In this document: in pieces, positions 46,940 to 57,893 of the stretch
Numbering within the stretch: position 1 is the first letter of the stretch
Layout of the letters: every line of letters begins with the position of its first letter
Source of the DNA: an uncultured Candidatus Saccharibacteria bacterium
GTDB lineage: Bacteria; Patescibacteriota; CAZHWT01
Length of the DNA stretch: 64,000 bases
NCBI GenBank assembly: GCA_964554805.1
Contig: CAZKPX010000006.1
Span: forward strand, 11,356-75,355
Direction: 5' to 3'
Position numbers and translations under genes: made by a program
Notes under the pieces: generated by a model
Databases searched by the model: none
What the model was told of the DNA's origin: nothing
What the model saw: the letters and a program-made list of their open reading frames with translations, nothing else

Positions 46940-47020
46940 ACTCCAGCAGGTGTTCGAACTGTGAGTCATCGGGCTCACCAAAACACCCTGATTGTCTTAG
47001 CGACGGTCGGGGTGTTTTTG
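46940..47020 (+). repeat. family-C repeat copy with full tRNA-3'-like module
   Basis: ccactccagcaggtgttcgaactgtgagtcatcgggctcaccaaaacaccctgattgtcttagcgacggtcggggtgtttttgtt. Confidence 0.8.
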
Positions 47021-47121
47021 TTATGTTGGTCTGATTCTCTCGTGGGAAGCGGTGAACCATAGATTTTTGGATTCAAAAAAGGCCCGGACAGCGCGGTATG
47101 CGCTGCTCGGGCGAGGTTGAC

Positions 47122-47664
47122 TTAGGGATTATGGGAACACATAGGTTCCGGCATCCCGGTGTAAGGTTCAATAGTGAAGGCCGAGTCTCCCACCATGTTG
47201 GCCATCAAGCCATCAGCGGAGTAACTAACCCACATAAGTCCGTCTCCAGCGATAGACAGGAACGTGGTGACGACGTTGTCGGGCGGCATGCTGTTTACCG
47301 TTTGAGTGGTGCTCTCGACCACGTGAAAAACTTGGCCGTCGTCACTTACACCATAGACGGCAATCGTTTGAGTAGTAATACTAAACGTGCCGGGCTGGTC
47401 TGGCGAACCGGTTTGGGTAGTGACCACATAACCGGTCAGCTGCAGGTGCAAGGGGATGTCCATGCATGGTACATTGTAAGACCGTTCGGCCTCCACCATG
47501 GTCAAGCAAGTGATCTGCGTATTTTGGGCCTTGTCAAAGATTTGGCTACAGTCTACCTCCTGCAACGCTGCCGGAGGTATTGCTGCCGGATCTTCCTTGG
47601 CATTGGCTACTGAGACCGTTGAAGCCAAGGTCATCAAGAAAATAAACAAGAGTCGCCTAAGCAT
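47122..47664 (-). CDS. secreted hypothetical protein
   Basis: Signal peptide 'MLRRLLFIFLMTLASTVSVANA'. 180 aa. Confidence 0.5.
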   Translation of the reverse strand: MLRRLLFIFLMTLASTVSVANAKEDPAAIPPAALQEVDCSQIFDKAQNTQITCLTMVEAERSYNVPCMDIPLHLQLTGYVVTTQTGSPDQPGTFSITTQTIAVYGVSDDGQVFHVVESTTQTVNSMPPDNVVTTFLSIAGDGLMWVSYSADGLMANMVGDSAFTIEPYTGMPEPMCSHNP

Positions 47665-48065
47665 GACTATCTCCTACCGAAGTTCTAGCCGCGTCAGAAA
47701 CAAGCGCATTATATCATACTATGGGATTTATTTAAAGACATAGTAATGAGGGATTGAATTATGTTCATCAATGGTGGCAATGTATGTAAATGCTTAGACT
47801 TTGTTTGACTAAAAATAAAGTATTTATTTAGCAGTCAGGGAACATCCTGCTCACTTTCCACTATTAGCGCTCTACTCTGCCTGAGACCATTGTATCTCTA
47901 ATGGGTGGCAAGCAGTCTATGGAAATTCCCAAACAGCAGCATCTTTTGCAACAATTCTTTAGGTTGTTTGGGATGCTATGCGTAAACGGAGTCAAAAGCT
48001 TTGACTTACTATTAAGCCTCACGAGACTGGTAGAATATATTGCTTAAATAATATAGCCATTCCAC

Positions 48066-48250
48066 TAGGTGTTCGAACTGTGAGTTATGCGGCTCACCAA
48101 AATACCCCGATTGTCTTAGCGACGGTTGGGGTGTTTTGTTGGGCCGGTCAGAAGATCAAATATGTGCGGAGCACTAGGTTTGAAGATAAGAAATATTATT
48201 GCTTTAAAAAGCAAAATAATACTTCTTATCGTCATGAGGTGCAGCCGAAT
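48066..48250 (+). repeat. family-C composite repeat copy
   Basis: ggtgttcgaactgtgagttatgcggctcaccaaaataccccgattgtcttagcgacggttggggtgttttgtt plus a downstream palindrome. Confidence 0.8.
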
Positions 48251-48409
48251 TCCATTCTCCTGGCCCGATTGTCTAGTTGGGAGAATACTATTTAAATAAA
48301 CGACTCAAATAATCAAAGAATTGTTTTAGGTTTGATATCTGATTTTATTGGTCTAATCGATCTAGTATGCTTACTTGTAGCATGGTCCGATGAAGTATAT
48401 AGTTGAGAT

Positions 48410-49816
48410 ATGAGTACTCCTGAACCCTCTCTAGAGCAACAGCCTATTGATCAAGCTGAATTACCCGCTGATATTATTGAGACGCCAGTTGTAATTACTG
48501 CAAAACGAAGTAGGAAATGGCTTATTGTTATAGTCATTATGGTGCTTTGTGTGTTCGGTGCCGCTGCGGCTGTGCTGGTATATAAGCCTTTTAATATAGC
48601 TAGTATTACGCAAAAAAATAGTTCAACACCAATACCCACCCCCACCCCGCCAAACGATAAACTCCTCAAACCTCTAGATATCGCCTCTGTCCAACCTAAG
48701 CTTGTTATAGATACTAGAGACCAAAAAGTCTACACCATTGACCTAAACGGTCAGAACCGTCAACCAGCCAACTTCATTAATTTTGATAATGGCTACGGCA
48801 GCAATATGTATATTGTCGGTGGCAGTCGTCAATGTCTCTATTACTTCAAAGACAATAATGTTCACCGCAGCCTCATTGATGGTACGAGCGATAACCAAGT
48901 CACCTCTTTCCCAGAACAGTTATTTACCGGTCAGACCACCAAGCCAGACAATCTTACCCTAGGCAATGCCACTAAAACACCAACCCGAGTTCTCGGAACA
49001 ACCGGAACAACTGCCGCTCGCATTGGTCTGCTAATGGTTAACCATGATTGTAGCCAAGCAGTCATTAGTTTCAATAACAAAGTAGGGGACACCTCACTAC
49101 CTGCCTCAGCCCTCTATCTGATTGCCCCAGAAAAATTTGACCAACCGCAACTCTTAGATGACCAAGATCGCTATCAGGCCATTGCCTATGACACGTCCAA
49201 CATAGCTCACTTCATAACCAAGGACAATTCAGGATCCAGTTATATAAAATTTGATGGACAGACTTCTCTCTATAAACTAGACGGAACTAAGATAGTCCAA
49301 GAGAATACGCTATCAAACAATACCACTACCGCTACCTTTGGTAAATACATCAAAGAAATGACTGCTTCTAAGCTATTCATCACCATGCAATACAATGACC
49401 TCCAGACTCCTCAAGCCACAACCCAGCCCGCACTCTATGATGCCAAAGCCAATAATATAACCACCATCAGCACCCCTCGGAAGACCAACTCCATTAATAG
49501 TGCCTCCCTGCAGCCAGGAGGAAAGTACGTTGCCTACAGTCTCACTAGTAGCACTACAGATGGCTACAGTTATAATCAACTGTATCTCTATAATGTAGCA
49601 ACAGCCAAACAGGAAAAGGTGAACATAGGCGGCGAACAGCTTCGCCTAAATTACAATGGTCCTCTTTGGGTTAGCGACCAGGAGTTTATTATTCATACCG
49701 GTCAGCCGCGAGGTAATGTCTTTGACGGCGATATTAAGACATGCTCAACCGTGTACCTAAGTTGCCGCACCATCTATAGCAAAGCCGACTTTAACTTCTA
49801 CGGCCACAATCCATAG
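48410..49816 (+). CDS. membrane-anchored secreted hypothetical protein (possible beta-propeller C-domain)
   Basis: N-terminal TM 'WLIVIVIMVLCVFGAAAAVLVY'. Pro/Thr linker. About 400-aa extracytoplasmic domain. Confidence 0.5.
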   Translation: MSTPEPSLEQQPIDQAELPADIIETPVVITAKRSRKWLIVIVIMVLCVFGAAAAVLVYKPFNIASITQKNSSTPIPTPTPPNDKLLKPLDIASVQPKLVIDTRDQKVYTIDLNGQNRQPANFINFDNGYGSNMYIVGGSRQCLYYFKDNNVHRSLIDGTSDNQVTSFPEQLFTGQTTKPDNLTLGNATKTPTRVLGTTGTTAARIGLLMVNHDCSQAVISFNNKVGDTSLPASALYLIAPEKFDQPQLLDDQDRYQAIAYDTSNIAHFITKDNSGSSYIKFDGQTSLYKLDGTKIVQENTLSNNTTTATFGKYIKEMTASKLFITMQYNDLQTPQATTQPALYDAKANNITTISTPRKTNSINSASLQPGGKYVAYSLTSSTTDGYSYNQLYLYNVATAKQEKVNIGGEQLRLNYNGPLWVSDQEFIIHTGQPRGNVFDGDIKTCSTVYLSCRTIYSKADFNFYGHNP

Positions 49817-50189
49817 TTGGTCAGTTTACATTAGGGGTTGTTATGGATCATGCTCTACGTGCTGGGTGAAAGATAGGTGCAGAGTTACGAAGCGAAGCTC
49901 CCCTCCCGACCACTTTTCGTGACTGAACCCTACTCTATATTTCACCCGTTGGTGCTATACTCTGTGTGGTCCGATTTTTGGCTGCATTGCTGTTTATGCC
50001 TACTATAATGCTCTTTTTTGCTGTCGTTCTACTTTCAATGGCACGATCCTTTTGATTAAACTACGAAATCCTAATACCGATGCTTTGATATGTTAGTGCA
50101 AAAGATATGAGCGAGAAGGAAAGAATTAAACTGTCTGAAGAAACAAAACTGTAATTTTCAAGATTGCATTTCATGCACTATATCCTTCA

Positions 50190-50545
50190 GTCACTCCAAG
50201 TGGTGTTCGAACCAAATTTCACTAGGCTCACCAAGAATCCCTCATCATCTTAGCGATGGTGGGGGATTCTTTGTAGGCTGGTCGGTATTTGAATTCTGCA
50301 AAGCATGGGGGCGCAGCTAGGAGAATACTATTGTGCCAACGAGCACAATAGTATGAACTAGCGTTACGAATCCGCCAGCTGGCGGAGGAGTTACCCTCCC
50401 CTACTTTGATTGTCTTAGCGACGGTTGGGGTGTTTTATTGTGTCGGCCGGATTCTCGCAGCGCGGAGCGCTAGGTTCGTAGATAGGAAGAAACTATTGCT
50501 ATAACGATTTTAATAATTGGTACTACCGTCATGGAGCGAAGCGTA
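50190..50545 (+). repeat. two family-C composite repeat copies
   Basis: 50190-50280 and 50395-50450, with an intervening 'gaatccgccagctggcggagg' palindrome shared with family A. Confidence 0.8.
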
Positions 50546-50660
50546 ATTACCCTCTCGGCCTACCGCTATGCATATGCTTGTTTGTTGCTTTTTAAGGATT
50601 AAGCGAGTATATAAAAGATAGCTCAACCTGAGCGTTGCCCAGTCAGAAGGAGAAAGACTA

Positions 50661-50882
50661 ATGGGCATTGGTAATGGCGATGGTCGTGAGACCTTCGATA
50701 GCACCGTTTTCGAGTCGAAGGAGACGGACGATCCTCGAGGCGATCGTACCGATCACTACTTCAACTCGGGCAGTGGCCAAGGAGCAGAGCATGGTCATGT
50801 TGTAGAAATCCGCCACGATGATGGCTCGGTTTCTTACCCATACGTGCGTGATGCTGATGGCAATGTTTACGCCGACGACTGA
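50661..50882 (+). CDS. small acidic hypothetical protein
   Basis: 73 aa. Good RBS (AGGAGAAAG) 8 nt upstream of the ATG. Confidence 0.4.
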   Translation: MGIGNGDGRETFDSTVFESKETDDPRGDRTDHYFNSGSGQGAEHGHVVEIRHDDGSVSYPYVRDADGNVYADD

Positions 50883-50965
50883 ATATCAATCTCGCAAGTC
50901 CTGGGCACGACTTTAAAAACTGCCTACCCTTCCCCGAGGACTGCTTAGAACATTGAGGTGCAAGT

Positions 50966-51265
50966 ATGAAATATGAAGACTATCAAAACGAAGTGAGCGA
51001 AAAAGCCTTTGGCGATGAGCTAGATAAGGATGAATTGTTGTCTTCCCTAAAAACTTATATTTCTAATTACGAACAGTCTGGAGATATTGAGTATCGCAAG
51101 GGAATGGCATATCGGTTTGCTGGGATTATGGCGTCGGATTTGTTCCGAGACTCCTTGTCACAGGATGCCCAGATTGCAGAAGCTCTTGAGTTGTGTGGGC
51201 GCCTAGAGATTGATTCCCAGCCAGAATCTGCTGACTGGGAACAATTGAAATCAGTTGTGAGTTAA
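50966..51265 (+). CDS. small acidic hypothetical protein
   Basis: 99 aa. RBS GAGGTG upstream. Confidence 0.4.
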   Translation: MKYEDYQNEVSEKAFGDELDKDELLSSLKTYISNYEQSGDIEYRKGMAYRFAGIMASDLFRDSLSQDAQIAEALELCGRLEIDSQPESADWEQLKSVVS

Positions 51266-51454
51266 CTGTGCTGAATTTTTCTGTCACATAGCTCGGTCAT
51301 TACTCTGACCGAGCTATTTTGCTTTCAAAGTCACATAATAGATGTAAGTTGCTCCGACTCACTAAATGCCCCGATTTTCTCAGCAATAATGAGGATTCGT
51401 TGTGAGCCGGCTCGGACTATCCACGGATAGTACCGACTAAATCGGGGTTAATGC

Positions 51455-51570
51455 TCTCCCCTCCCCTTGACCGTTTCATCTCAGATAGTATGATTAGCAG
51501 TCTATGGAAAATGAGCACCATTGACCTGGCAAGCAGAGGTGTTCTGAGATGCACGCCCGGAAGGGGTGAA
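51455..51570 (+). ncRNA. family-D structured repeat element, candidate small RNA with its own -35/-10 (copy 1 of about 5)
   Basis: TTGACC-16-TATGAT precedes 'tagcagtctatggaaaatgagcaccattgacctggcaagcagaggtgttctgagatgcacgcccggaaggggtg' (GGAA-capped hairpin). Related copies at 54455-54580, 56600-56720, 62210-62330 and a degenerate copy at 57180-57300. Coding potential is poor. Confidence 0.4.
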
Positions 51571-51656
51571 AAGGGGATACTACGAGGGGAGGTGAGAGGC
51601 ATTGCAAATGATGTGGACCCGGTGGCTGAAACAGCCACCGGGTCCATGATCCCTCC

Positions 51657-52745
51657 TTATACATCCCGTTGAATTCCGAAGTCCAATATCCCCAACAGTA
51701 CGTTTCTCATAGCGCTCTCTGGGAATACGTCGATCAACATGGACTTTGCCTCTGCCACAAGCCTTTGCGCTGTAACTTGAGCGTAGCGCAGTGACCCGCT
51801 TTTCTCCAGGATGGTGATTGCTTCAGCGTGGTGCATCGGATCTTTGGTTTTTAAGGCCAGGATCTCTAATAGACGTTGGCTGCCAGGCGAACTAGCCCCT
51901 ACAGCATGAATGACTGGCAGGGTCTTTTTGCCCTCGGCTATATCCGCGCCGTAATCATCCGCGCCAGAGCGTAGGCAAAGCATGTCATCGTGCAACTGAA
52001 AGGCGGTAGCACTCAGGTGGCCTGCCTGGACTAGTACCTCTAACTCCCTAGAGTCTATTCCGCCAGCCAGCGCACCCACCACAATGGCAAACTCAAATGC
52101 AGCACACTTAAGCTTACACATACGCAAGTACTCTTCGGTTGAAGGGATGTAGCTCTCTTGAGACCACGCTAAGTCCAGTGTTTGACCGAGGCGGGCCTCT
52201 GCGGAGAGGCGCTTGTAGTGGGCAAGAAGCTCGATGGCTAGTATGCCATCAACTCCATCCGTCTCTAGGATGAACCGAGGGGACTGATAGAGTAACTGAG
52301 CAGCCTCACTCGCCACCGCTATGCCATGCTCAAGATGAGCTGGCAGTTTGCCATCGCGCTGCTCAGCCTGATCATCCATGTCATCCTCAATCAGGGATCC
52401 TCGGTGAGGTAGCTCTGCCAAAAGAGACAGTTGGTCGATCAGAGGAAACTGTCCGGCGGCTAGATCGTGGACTAGATAGACTAGGACTGCTCAAACCCTT
52501 TTGCCTCCACCTGCAATCGCTGATACACGGATTGCTTCAAGAACCTGATCATCTACCGAAATTCGGTAATGCCCATCACGCAAACTTTCCCAAAAGGTCT
52601 GGAGATTTCTCTGAGACCTTTGGTACTTCTCTATGTAATAGGGCGTCCAATCAAAGGCAATGTGACCTACTTTTGCTATTGCTTGAGACTGGCGTGCAAC
52701 GACGACTGTGCTCATCTGTCCGTCTCCCTGCGATTGTCGATTCAT
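51657..52745 (-). pseudogene. polyprenyl (isoprenyl) diphosphate synthase, disrupted by a frameshift
   Basis: The C-terminal fragment (51657-52421) carries both Asp-rich motifs ('LIEDDMDD', 'FQLHDDMLCL'). The N-terminal fragment (52491-52745) ends with the conserved 'AGGGKRV' in a different frame. Confidence 0.6.
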
Positions 52746-53022
52746 CTCCTGGGTGCATTATGCCATATAGGTCAACCTTGCTGCGAGATTTTGTAGTCTG
52801 CGAAAACATATAAGTTGTCATATGGACAAATTACGTACAATCCAACTTGCGTCGTAAGTCCTCTAGTTACTCCAAAAGCAGTATGGGAATTTAAGTATCT
52901 ATTCATAATGAATATTTATACGGTATTAACGGCAAACTGTATAAATGGTATACAATTGACTATACTTAGTGTATAATATATCATATTATTTATACAGTAC
53001 TTAATCAAAGGACTAATATTCA

Positions 53023-54132
53023 ATGAGTATAGATAGAGACCAACCATACAACGAATTACCATTATTGCCTCCAAAAGATATACCCTACAATGATTCTAAA
53101 ATCTTGGAAGCTTCATTATTGGCATCTGATGCGATAGGGGCGCTACGAGCTGGTATGAGATCTGATCAACATAATGTAATAAGGGCAGTGAGCATGATGA
53201 GTCCTCTTTTTGTCCCAGAAGCAGTAACAAGCTCAGGAATAGAAAATATTGCAACAACAAATGAGTTGGTATTGCAAGCACGCTCAGAGCAGCGTAACGA
53301 TGTAAATCCAAATGAAAAAGAGGTTCTAAATTACGTAGACGCCTTAATTCATGGTATGGAAAAGATACATGAAAGAAAAATCCTTACAACAAATGATATT
53401 ATTGATATTCAATCAATTCTTGAACCTACCAAGAGAGGTTTAAGAAAGGTGCCAGGGACATCGCTTCAGAATCCTGTTACAAAAGAGGTTTACTACACTC
53501 CACCTACTGGTGAAAGATTAATAAGGGATTTATTACAAAACCTTGAAGTTTATTTTAATGAAGAGGCACCGATTCAGGAGATATATGCAAGAATGGCAAT
53601 TTTGCATTATCAATTTGAGGCCATTCATCCGTTTAATGATGGAAATGGAAGAACTGGACGAATGTTAATGCCATTGTACTTGATGCAGCAAGGCCGCTTA
53701 AGTCTTCCGGTTCTATTCATAAGTAAGTATATATTAGAAAATAGAGATGAGTATTATCAAAAGCTGAGGGCGGTAACGTATGAAAATGCATGGGCGGAGT
53801 GGATTCTATATATCATCACAGCCACAACAACTCAAGCGAAGTACACTTCTGATATTCTAGATCGGATAAGACATACGATTGAAGTTACAAGCAAAAGATT
53901 AAAGCAAGAGCTACCAAGCATATATAGTGCTGAACTAGTAAACTTTATTTTTGCAGAACCATATTTTGATGTTGCAAGATTTCAGCATAGCCTTGGCATA
54001 AGTTATGCTACAGCTAGAAAATATCTCGCACTTTTGGAGGAGTCTAAGTTATTGGTGAAGAAAAAGCAGGAGGGTAGAAATCGTAATTTGTACGCAAATC
54101 CGCAATACATACAAATCTTAAAACAAACATAG
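53023..54132 (+). CDS. Fic/Doc-family protein (class II, with inhibitory SxxxEN motif and C-terminal winged-helix)
   Basis: Fic motif 'HPFNDGNGRTGR'. N-terminal 'TSSGIENI' inhibitory-helix motif. C-terminal HTH-like segment. Confidence 0.85.
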   Translation: MSIDRDQPYNELPLLPPKDIPYNDSKILEASLLASDAIGALRAGMRSDQHNVIRAVSMMSPLFVPEAVTSSGIENIATTNELVLQARSEQRNDVNPNEKEVLNYVDALIHGMEKIHERKILTTNDIIDIQSILEPTKRGLRKVPGTSLQNPVTKEVYYTPPTGERLIRDLLQNLEVYFNEEAPIQEIYARMAILHYQFEAIHPFNDGNGRTGRMLMPLYLMQQGRLSLPVLFISKYILENRDEYYQKLRAVTYENAWAEWILYIITATTTQAKYTSDILDRIRHTIEVTSKRLKQELPSIYSAELVNFIFAEPYFDVARFQHSLGISYATARKYLALLEESKLLVKKKQEGRNRNLYANPQYIQILKQT

Positions 54133-54279
54133 TTTTGCGAATAAATAATTATGGTTCATATACAAGCTGGTAGTTAAGATATTGTAGATAAAGCACTCCC
54201 CTCCTCCATCACCTTAAGCAACTTATTCCAGTCATTCAGGCTCTGGAGTCATTGATTCCATTGCGCCGAAAGTCGGCTC

Positions 54280-54345
54280 ACCAAGAATCCCTCATCATCT
54301 TAGCGATGGTGGGGGATTCTTTGTAGGCTGGTCGGTATTTGAATT
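54280..54345 (+). repeat. family-C repeat copy
   Basis: cggctcaccaagaatccctcatcatcttagcgatggtgggggattctttgt, nearly identical to the 50228 copy. Confidence 0.8.
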
Positions 54346-54664
54346 CTGCAAAGCATGGGGGCGTAGCTAGGAGAATACTATTGTGCCAACGAGTACAATA
54401 GTATGAACTAGCGTTACGAAGCGAAGTTAAGTTACCCTCCCGGCTCACTTCTCATCTCAGCGCTCTCCCCTACATTAAGTCCATTTATCTCTGATAGCAG
54501 AGTTGACAGTCTATGGAAAATTAGCCACAGCGATCTGGCAAACAGAGTCGTTCTGAGATGCACGCCCGGAAGGGGGTGTTAGCGGGGTGTTAATCTGTAT
54601 CCTGCTTGTTGGTTGTTTTGCGTCAGCTTGACTAAGATTGCCGAAGTATGGCACACTGTAGGCA

Positions 54665-55276
54665 ATGAAACGCTTGCCTGTTCTATTTTTGAGTAGGTTC
54701 GGGTTGGTGGGATTGGTTGGGCTGTTGGTAGCAGTCCCCCCTGCTCTGGCGGCCTCTATCTCTTTACAAGGTCAGGCAGTATTCTCCAATACCGGAGGCT
54801 CTCTTCACTTTAGTGATTTCAATAGCAATGTGACTTTGGATACCGACACCGGTCATCTATCCGGCTATTCCTGGTCAGATGATAGCGGCTGGGTAGCGTT
54901 TGGTACGCAAGATAATGAGCAGGGTCCAGTTATAGTTAACCTAACCACGGGAGCCATTACCGGTTCGGCTAAAGTATTGGCTACCGACACCTATATTACC
55001 TTCACCGGCAACAGTAGCAACCTAAGCCTTGACACCCAAACAGGTCAGTTTACTGGCTACTTGTTTGACCCGGATATGGGTTGGGTTGAGTTTGGATCTT
55101 CCCCGCAAACAAGTGTAGTATTGGCGGCCGCTCTGCCGCTCGCCCCTACTCCAGCGCCTACTTCTGCCCTGCCCTTGCCTGAGACCGGAGCAGCTTTGGG
55201 GTTGGCGGCGGTAGTGGGCTGGATGCTTTTGGGAGGCGGTCTGATGAGCCGTGTATTACGGAAGAGGAATCTTTAG
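54665..55276 (+). CDS. LPXTG cell-wall-anchored surface protein (sortase substrate)
   Basis: Signal peptide. C-terminal 'LPETG' followed by hydrophobic 'AALGLAAVVGWMLLGGGLM' and 'RKRNL'. Confidence 0.7.
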   Translation: MKRLPVLFLSRFGLVGLVGLLVAVPPALAASISLQGQAVFSNTGGSLHFSDFNSNVTLDTDTGHLSGYSWSDDSGWVAFGTQDNEQGPVIVNLTTGAITGSAKVLATDTYITFTGNSSNLSLDTQTGQFTGYLFDPDMGWVEFGSSPQTSVVLAAALPLAPTPAPTSALPLPETGAALGLAAVVGWMLLGGGLMSRVLRKRNL

Positions 55277-55277
55277 T

Positions 55278-56234
55278 ATGACTATTTCCCTTGAATTGAA
55301 TAAAAAGTCTGGAGTGATAGTTGGGGTGAGCGTGATAGGGCTGATTGCTTTGGGCATGGCGGTGCAGACATTTGTGTCTCCTATTTTGACAGCTCAGGCA
55401 GATCAAGTAGGCGGCTCTCCCGATTCCGGCGTCGCCTCCCGCCTCACCCAAGCCTACAATTCAGTGGTTGACCAAGGCCACGGCGCTAGTGCAGTTCCGG
55501 AATGGACGCATGACTGGAGTACACAGTGGAACAGAATTATGCGTGCTGCCAGCTGGACGCCAGGCGGAAGTGCTGATCCCAATCAGGTACTTGCTGGTAA
55601 AACGTTTACGGCTGGCAGTCGCGGTTTGCAAACTGGCACCTATGACCCGATTGATACCATGTACGGTGGACTATCGTTACAAAACACTCATAATGACACC
55701 ATAGGCAACGCCACCTGGACAGAAACTAGCTCTGGTGGCACGCCAGCCAGTGTAATCCTGCGGACGGTGACTATTGCCCTGTCATCAAACAGTGTCATGC
55801 AAGACCAGCGCACCGGGTTGTATTGGACAGACCGCAGTGATACGGCTGTATCAAACAACAGCTTTGCCAATACTGCCGGGCAGACTGACCGGGTTAATCC
55901 GGATACTAATCACTGCAACTTTAACAGCCCAGGAGATGCTAATGAGTGGTGTAATACCGCCGACACTGGTGTATCGGCCAATGAGCTTTGCCTGAACTTA
56001 GAGCTTGATGATGGGACAGGCCTTAAAACTGACTGGAGGCTGCCTACCCAAAAAGAGTTGATGATTGCTTTTGTTAATGGGGCAGCTGCTAATCTAGCTA
56101 GCACCGGTGTCCACTACTGGTCTTCTACCCAGGGTTCGGCGACGGTTGCCTGGGGCGTGCTCTTGTTTAATGGCACCGCGGGCTACGGTACTAAAACGGA
56201 GGCCACGGTCCTTGCTCGGTGTGTCCGGGGATAA
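55278..56234 (+). CDS. DUF1566 (Lcl C-terminal-like) domain protein, N-terminal TM anchor
   Basis: 'WRLPTQKELMIAF...YWSSTQGSATVAWGVLLFNG...ARCVRG' matches the DUF1566 consensus pattern. Confidence 0.6.
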   Translation: MTISLELNKKSGVIVGVSVIGLIALGMAVQTFVSPILTAQADQVGGSPDSGVASRLTQAYNSVVDQGHGASAVPEWTHDWSTQWNRIMRAASWTPGGSADPNQVLAGKTFTAGSRGLQTGTYDPIDTMYGGLSLQNTHNDTIGNATWTETSSGGTPASVILRTVTIALSSNSVMQDQRTGLYWTDRSDTAVSNNSFANTAGQTDRVNPDTNHCNFNSPGDANEWCNTADTGVSANELCLNLELDDGTGLKTDWRLPTQKELMIAFVNGAAANLASTGVHYWSSTQGSATVAWGVLLFNGTAGYGTKTEATVLARCVRG

Positions 56235-56649
56235 AGGATGATAATCCGACCCAGTAGGGGCGGATTTCTCTCTCACCCCTTCCGGGTGTGCATCCCGGAA
56301 CGCCTTCGGGCAAGCGTGTGTTTTTGGTGGGCCGGGAGGGGAATTCCACTTTGTTCCATAAAGCTAGTTCATACGATTGAGCTCTTTGGCTCAATCGTAT
56401 TCTCCCAGCTTCCAAACCTGGCGCTTCGCGCGGATTCGATGGCGACCAGACGCAACAAAAAGTCTCCAGCACAAAAGTCCTGAGGGTTCTTTATTGTGTT
56501 TGGTTGGATTCTCACCTCCACTAGCTGGCAGAGAAGTTACCCTCCCTTGCTCCGGTCAGGACAACGATACCCTCTCCCGGCTCTTACTTTCCATGCTGGC
56601 GCTCCCCTATACTTTTGACCGGTTCATCTTAGATAAGATTGTTAGCAGT

Positions 56650-57090
56650 CTATGGAAAATGAGCACCATTAACCTGGCAAGCAGAGGTGTTCTGAGATGC
56701 ACGCCCGGAAGGGGTGAAAATTGTTTCAACTATATCAACTGGTATGTATTCAGATTCTAAAATCGATCGACAAATTTCTGATGTCTGCTGTACTCTAACC
56801 TTATTGCTGCGAATAAGCACCACCCCACCAGAGTATTGATCGCGATTGGCTAGATAAAAATCCCGTACATCTAATCCTAATTGGGCTGCTTGCTCTTCTC
56901 CTTCGCGGGTTAGGGGTTGGTTTCTATCATTCTCTAGGTGAGGCTCATTTTCTGCGTGCCTGATGGCAATAATATGCTGCAGGGTGGGAGCAGGCCCTTT
57001 ATTATTGTAGAGTCTTTGATAGCTTGGTTGGTGCGCTTCTTCATTTTGGATTAGGTTATTTTCATGCGGACCAGGGTATTCATTGGACAT
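56650..57090 (-). CDS. histidine phosphatase (SixA/PGAM-like); C-terminus encoded by a family-D repeat
   Basis: 'IIAIRHAENE' RHG-type motif. The last about 27 codons run into repeat D3, suggesting insertional truncation. Confidence 0.5.
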   Translation of the reverse strand: MSNEYPGPHENNLIQNEEAHQPSYQRLYNNKGPAPTLQHIIAIRHAENEPHLENDRNQPLTREGEEQAAQLGLDVRDFYLANRDQYSGGVVLIRSNKVRVQQTSEICRSILESEYIPVDIVETIFTPSGRASQNTSACQVNGAHFP

Positions 57091-57554
57091 TATGTATGTA
57101 ACTCCTTAACGCATCCCATAGGCTTATTATCGCTTATTCTGGCAGATAGATGCAATCCGCCTTCTGTGCGAGCACCTTTCCCTATTTTAGTCCGGTTATC
57201 TCCAATAATAAGATTAGTGGTCTATGGAAATTCGAGACCTTAAATGGGCAAGCTAGGTAGTTTGAGTCGCTCACTTGTAAGGGGTGAAATAACTAAGAGA
57301 TATCAGGATCTTGTGTGGGAATTGATTGACGCTTGTCGGACTTGAGATGTTTTATGGATGCTTGATGGTATGTAAGCATTTTAATGACTCTTATGCTTTG
57401 GGTGGTGCTGTTTATTGCACAACAAGCCGAAAGCGAGTATGGGGAAAATAGAAGTAGAAAAGGTTAAATGCATAATAAAAAAACTGGGTAGGTCAGATTT
57501 TGATTAGGTTTTTATCTAGAGAACTTTTTGATTTAGGATTGAACATCTTTCACT

Positions 57555-57640
57555 TAGTCATTCCAGCTGGTGTTCGAACTGTGAGTTATTCAGCTCACCA
57601 TAAAAACCTCAAGTCTTCCGACTTGGGGTTTTTATGTTAT
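57555..57640 (+). repeat. family-C repeat copy (divergent)
   Basis: cattccagctggtgttcgaactgtgagttattcagctcaccataaaaacctcaagtcttccgacttggggtttttatgtt. Confidence 0.75.
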
Positions 57641-57893
57641 TCGGAGGGTAGAACTGCCAGGTTCGGGGCCATAGGAAGTCATTATTGCAAATCGATTGCA
57701 ATAAGAAATGCACCAGGCGATAGTACGAAGTGTCAACTCTCTACTCAATAAATATGTATTAAAATATATATTTGTTACATTTAACCCTGATAAATTTTAT
57801 ATACATAGGTAGTTGTGGTTAAGCGTCAGAGGCAACCATTTGGTAAGTGTGAAAGGTGTCTTGAGACATATTTATTTCTGAATAACTTGACTC

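Noticed and set aside
47098-47613. 171-aa plus-strand ORF
   Set aside because: It is antisense to 47122-47664, which has a clear signal peptide. The plus-strand product has no features.
51455-51570. Family-D element as a group II intron domain V/VI fragment
   Set aside because: It lacks the conserved AGC-triad 14-bp hairpin and bulge of domain V. Only a short GGAA-capped stem forms.
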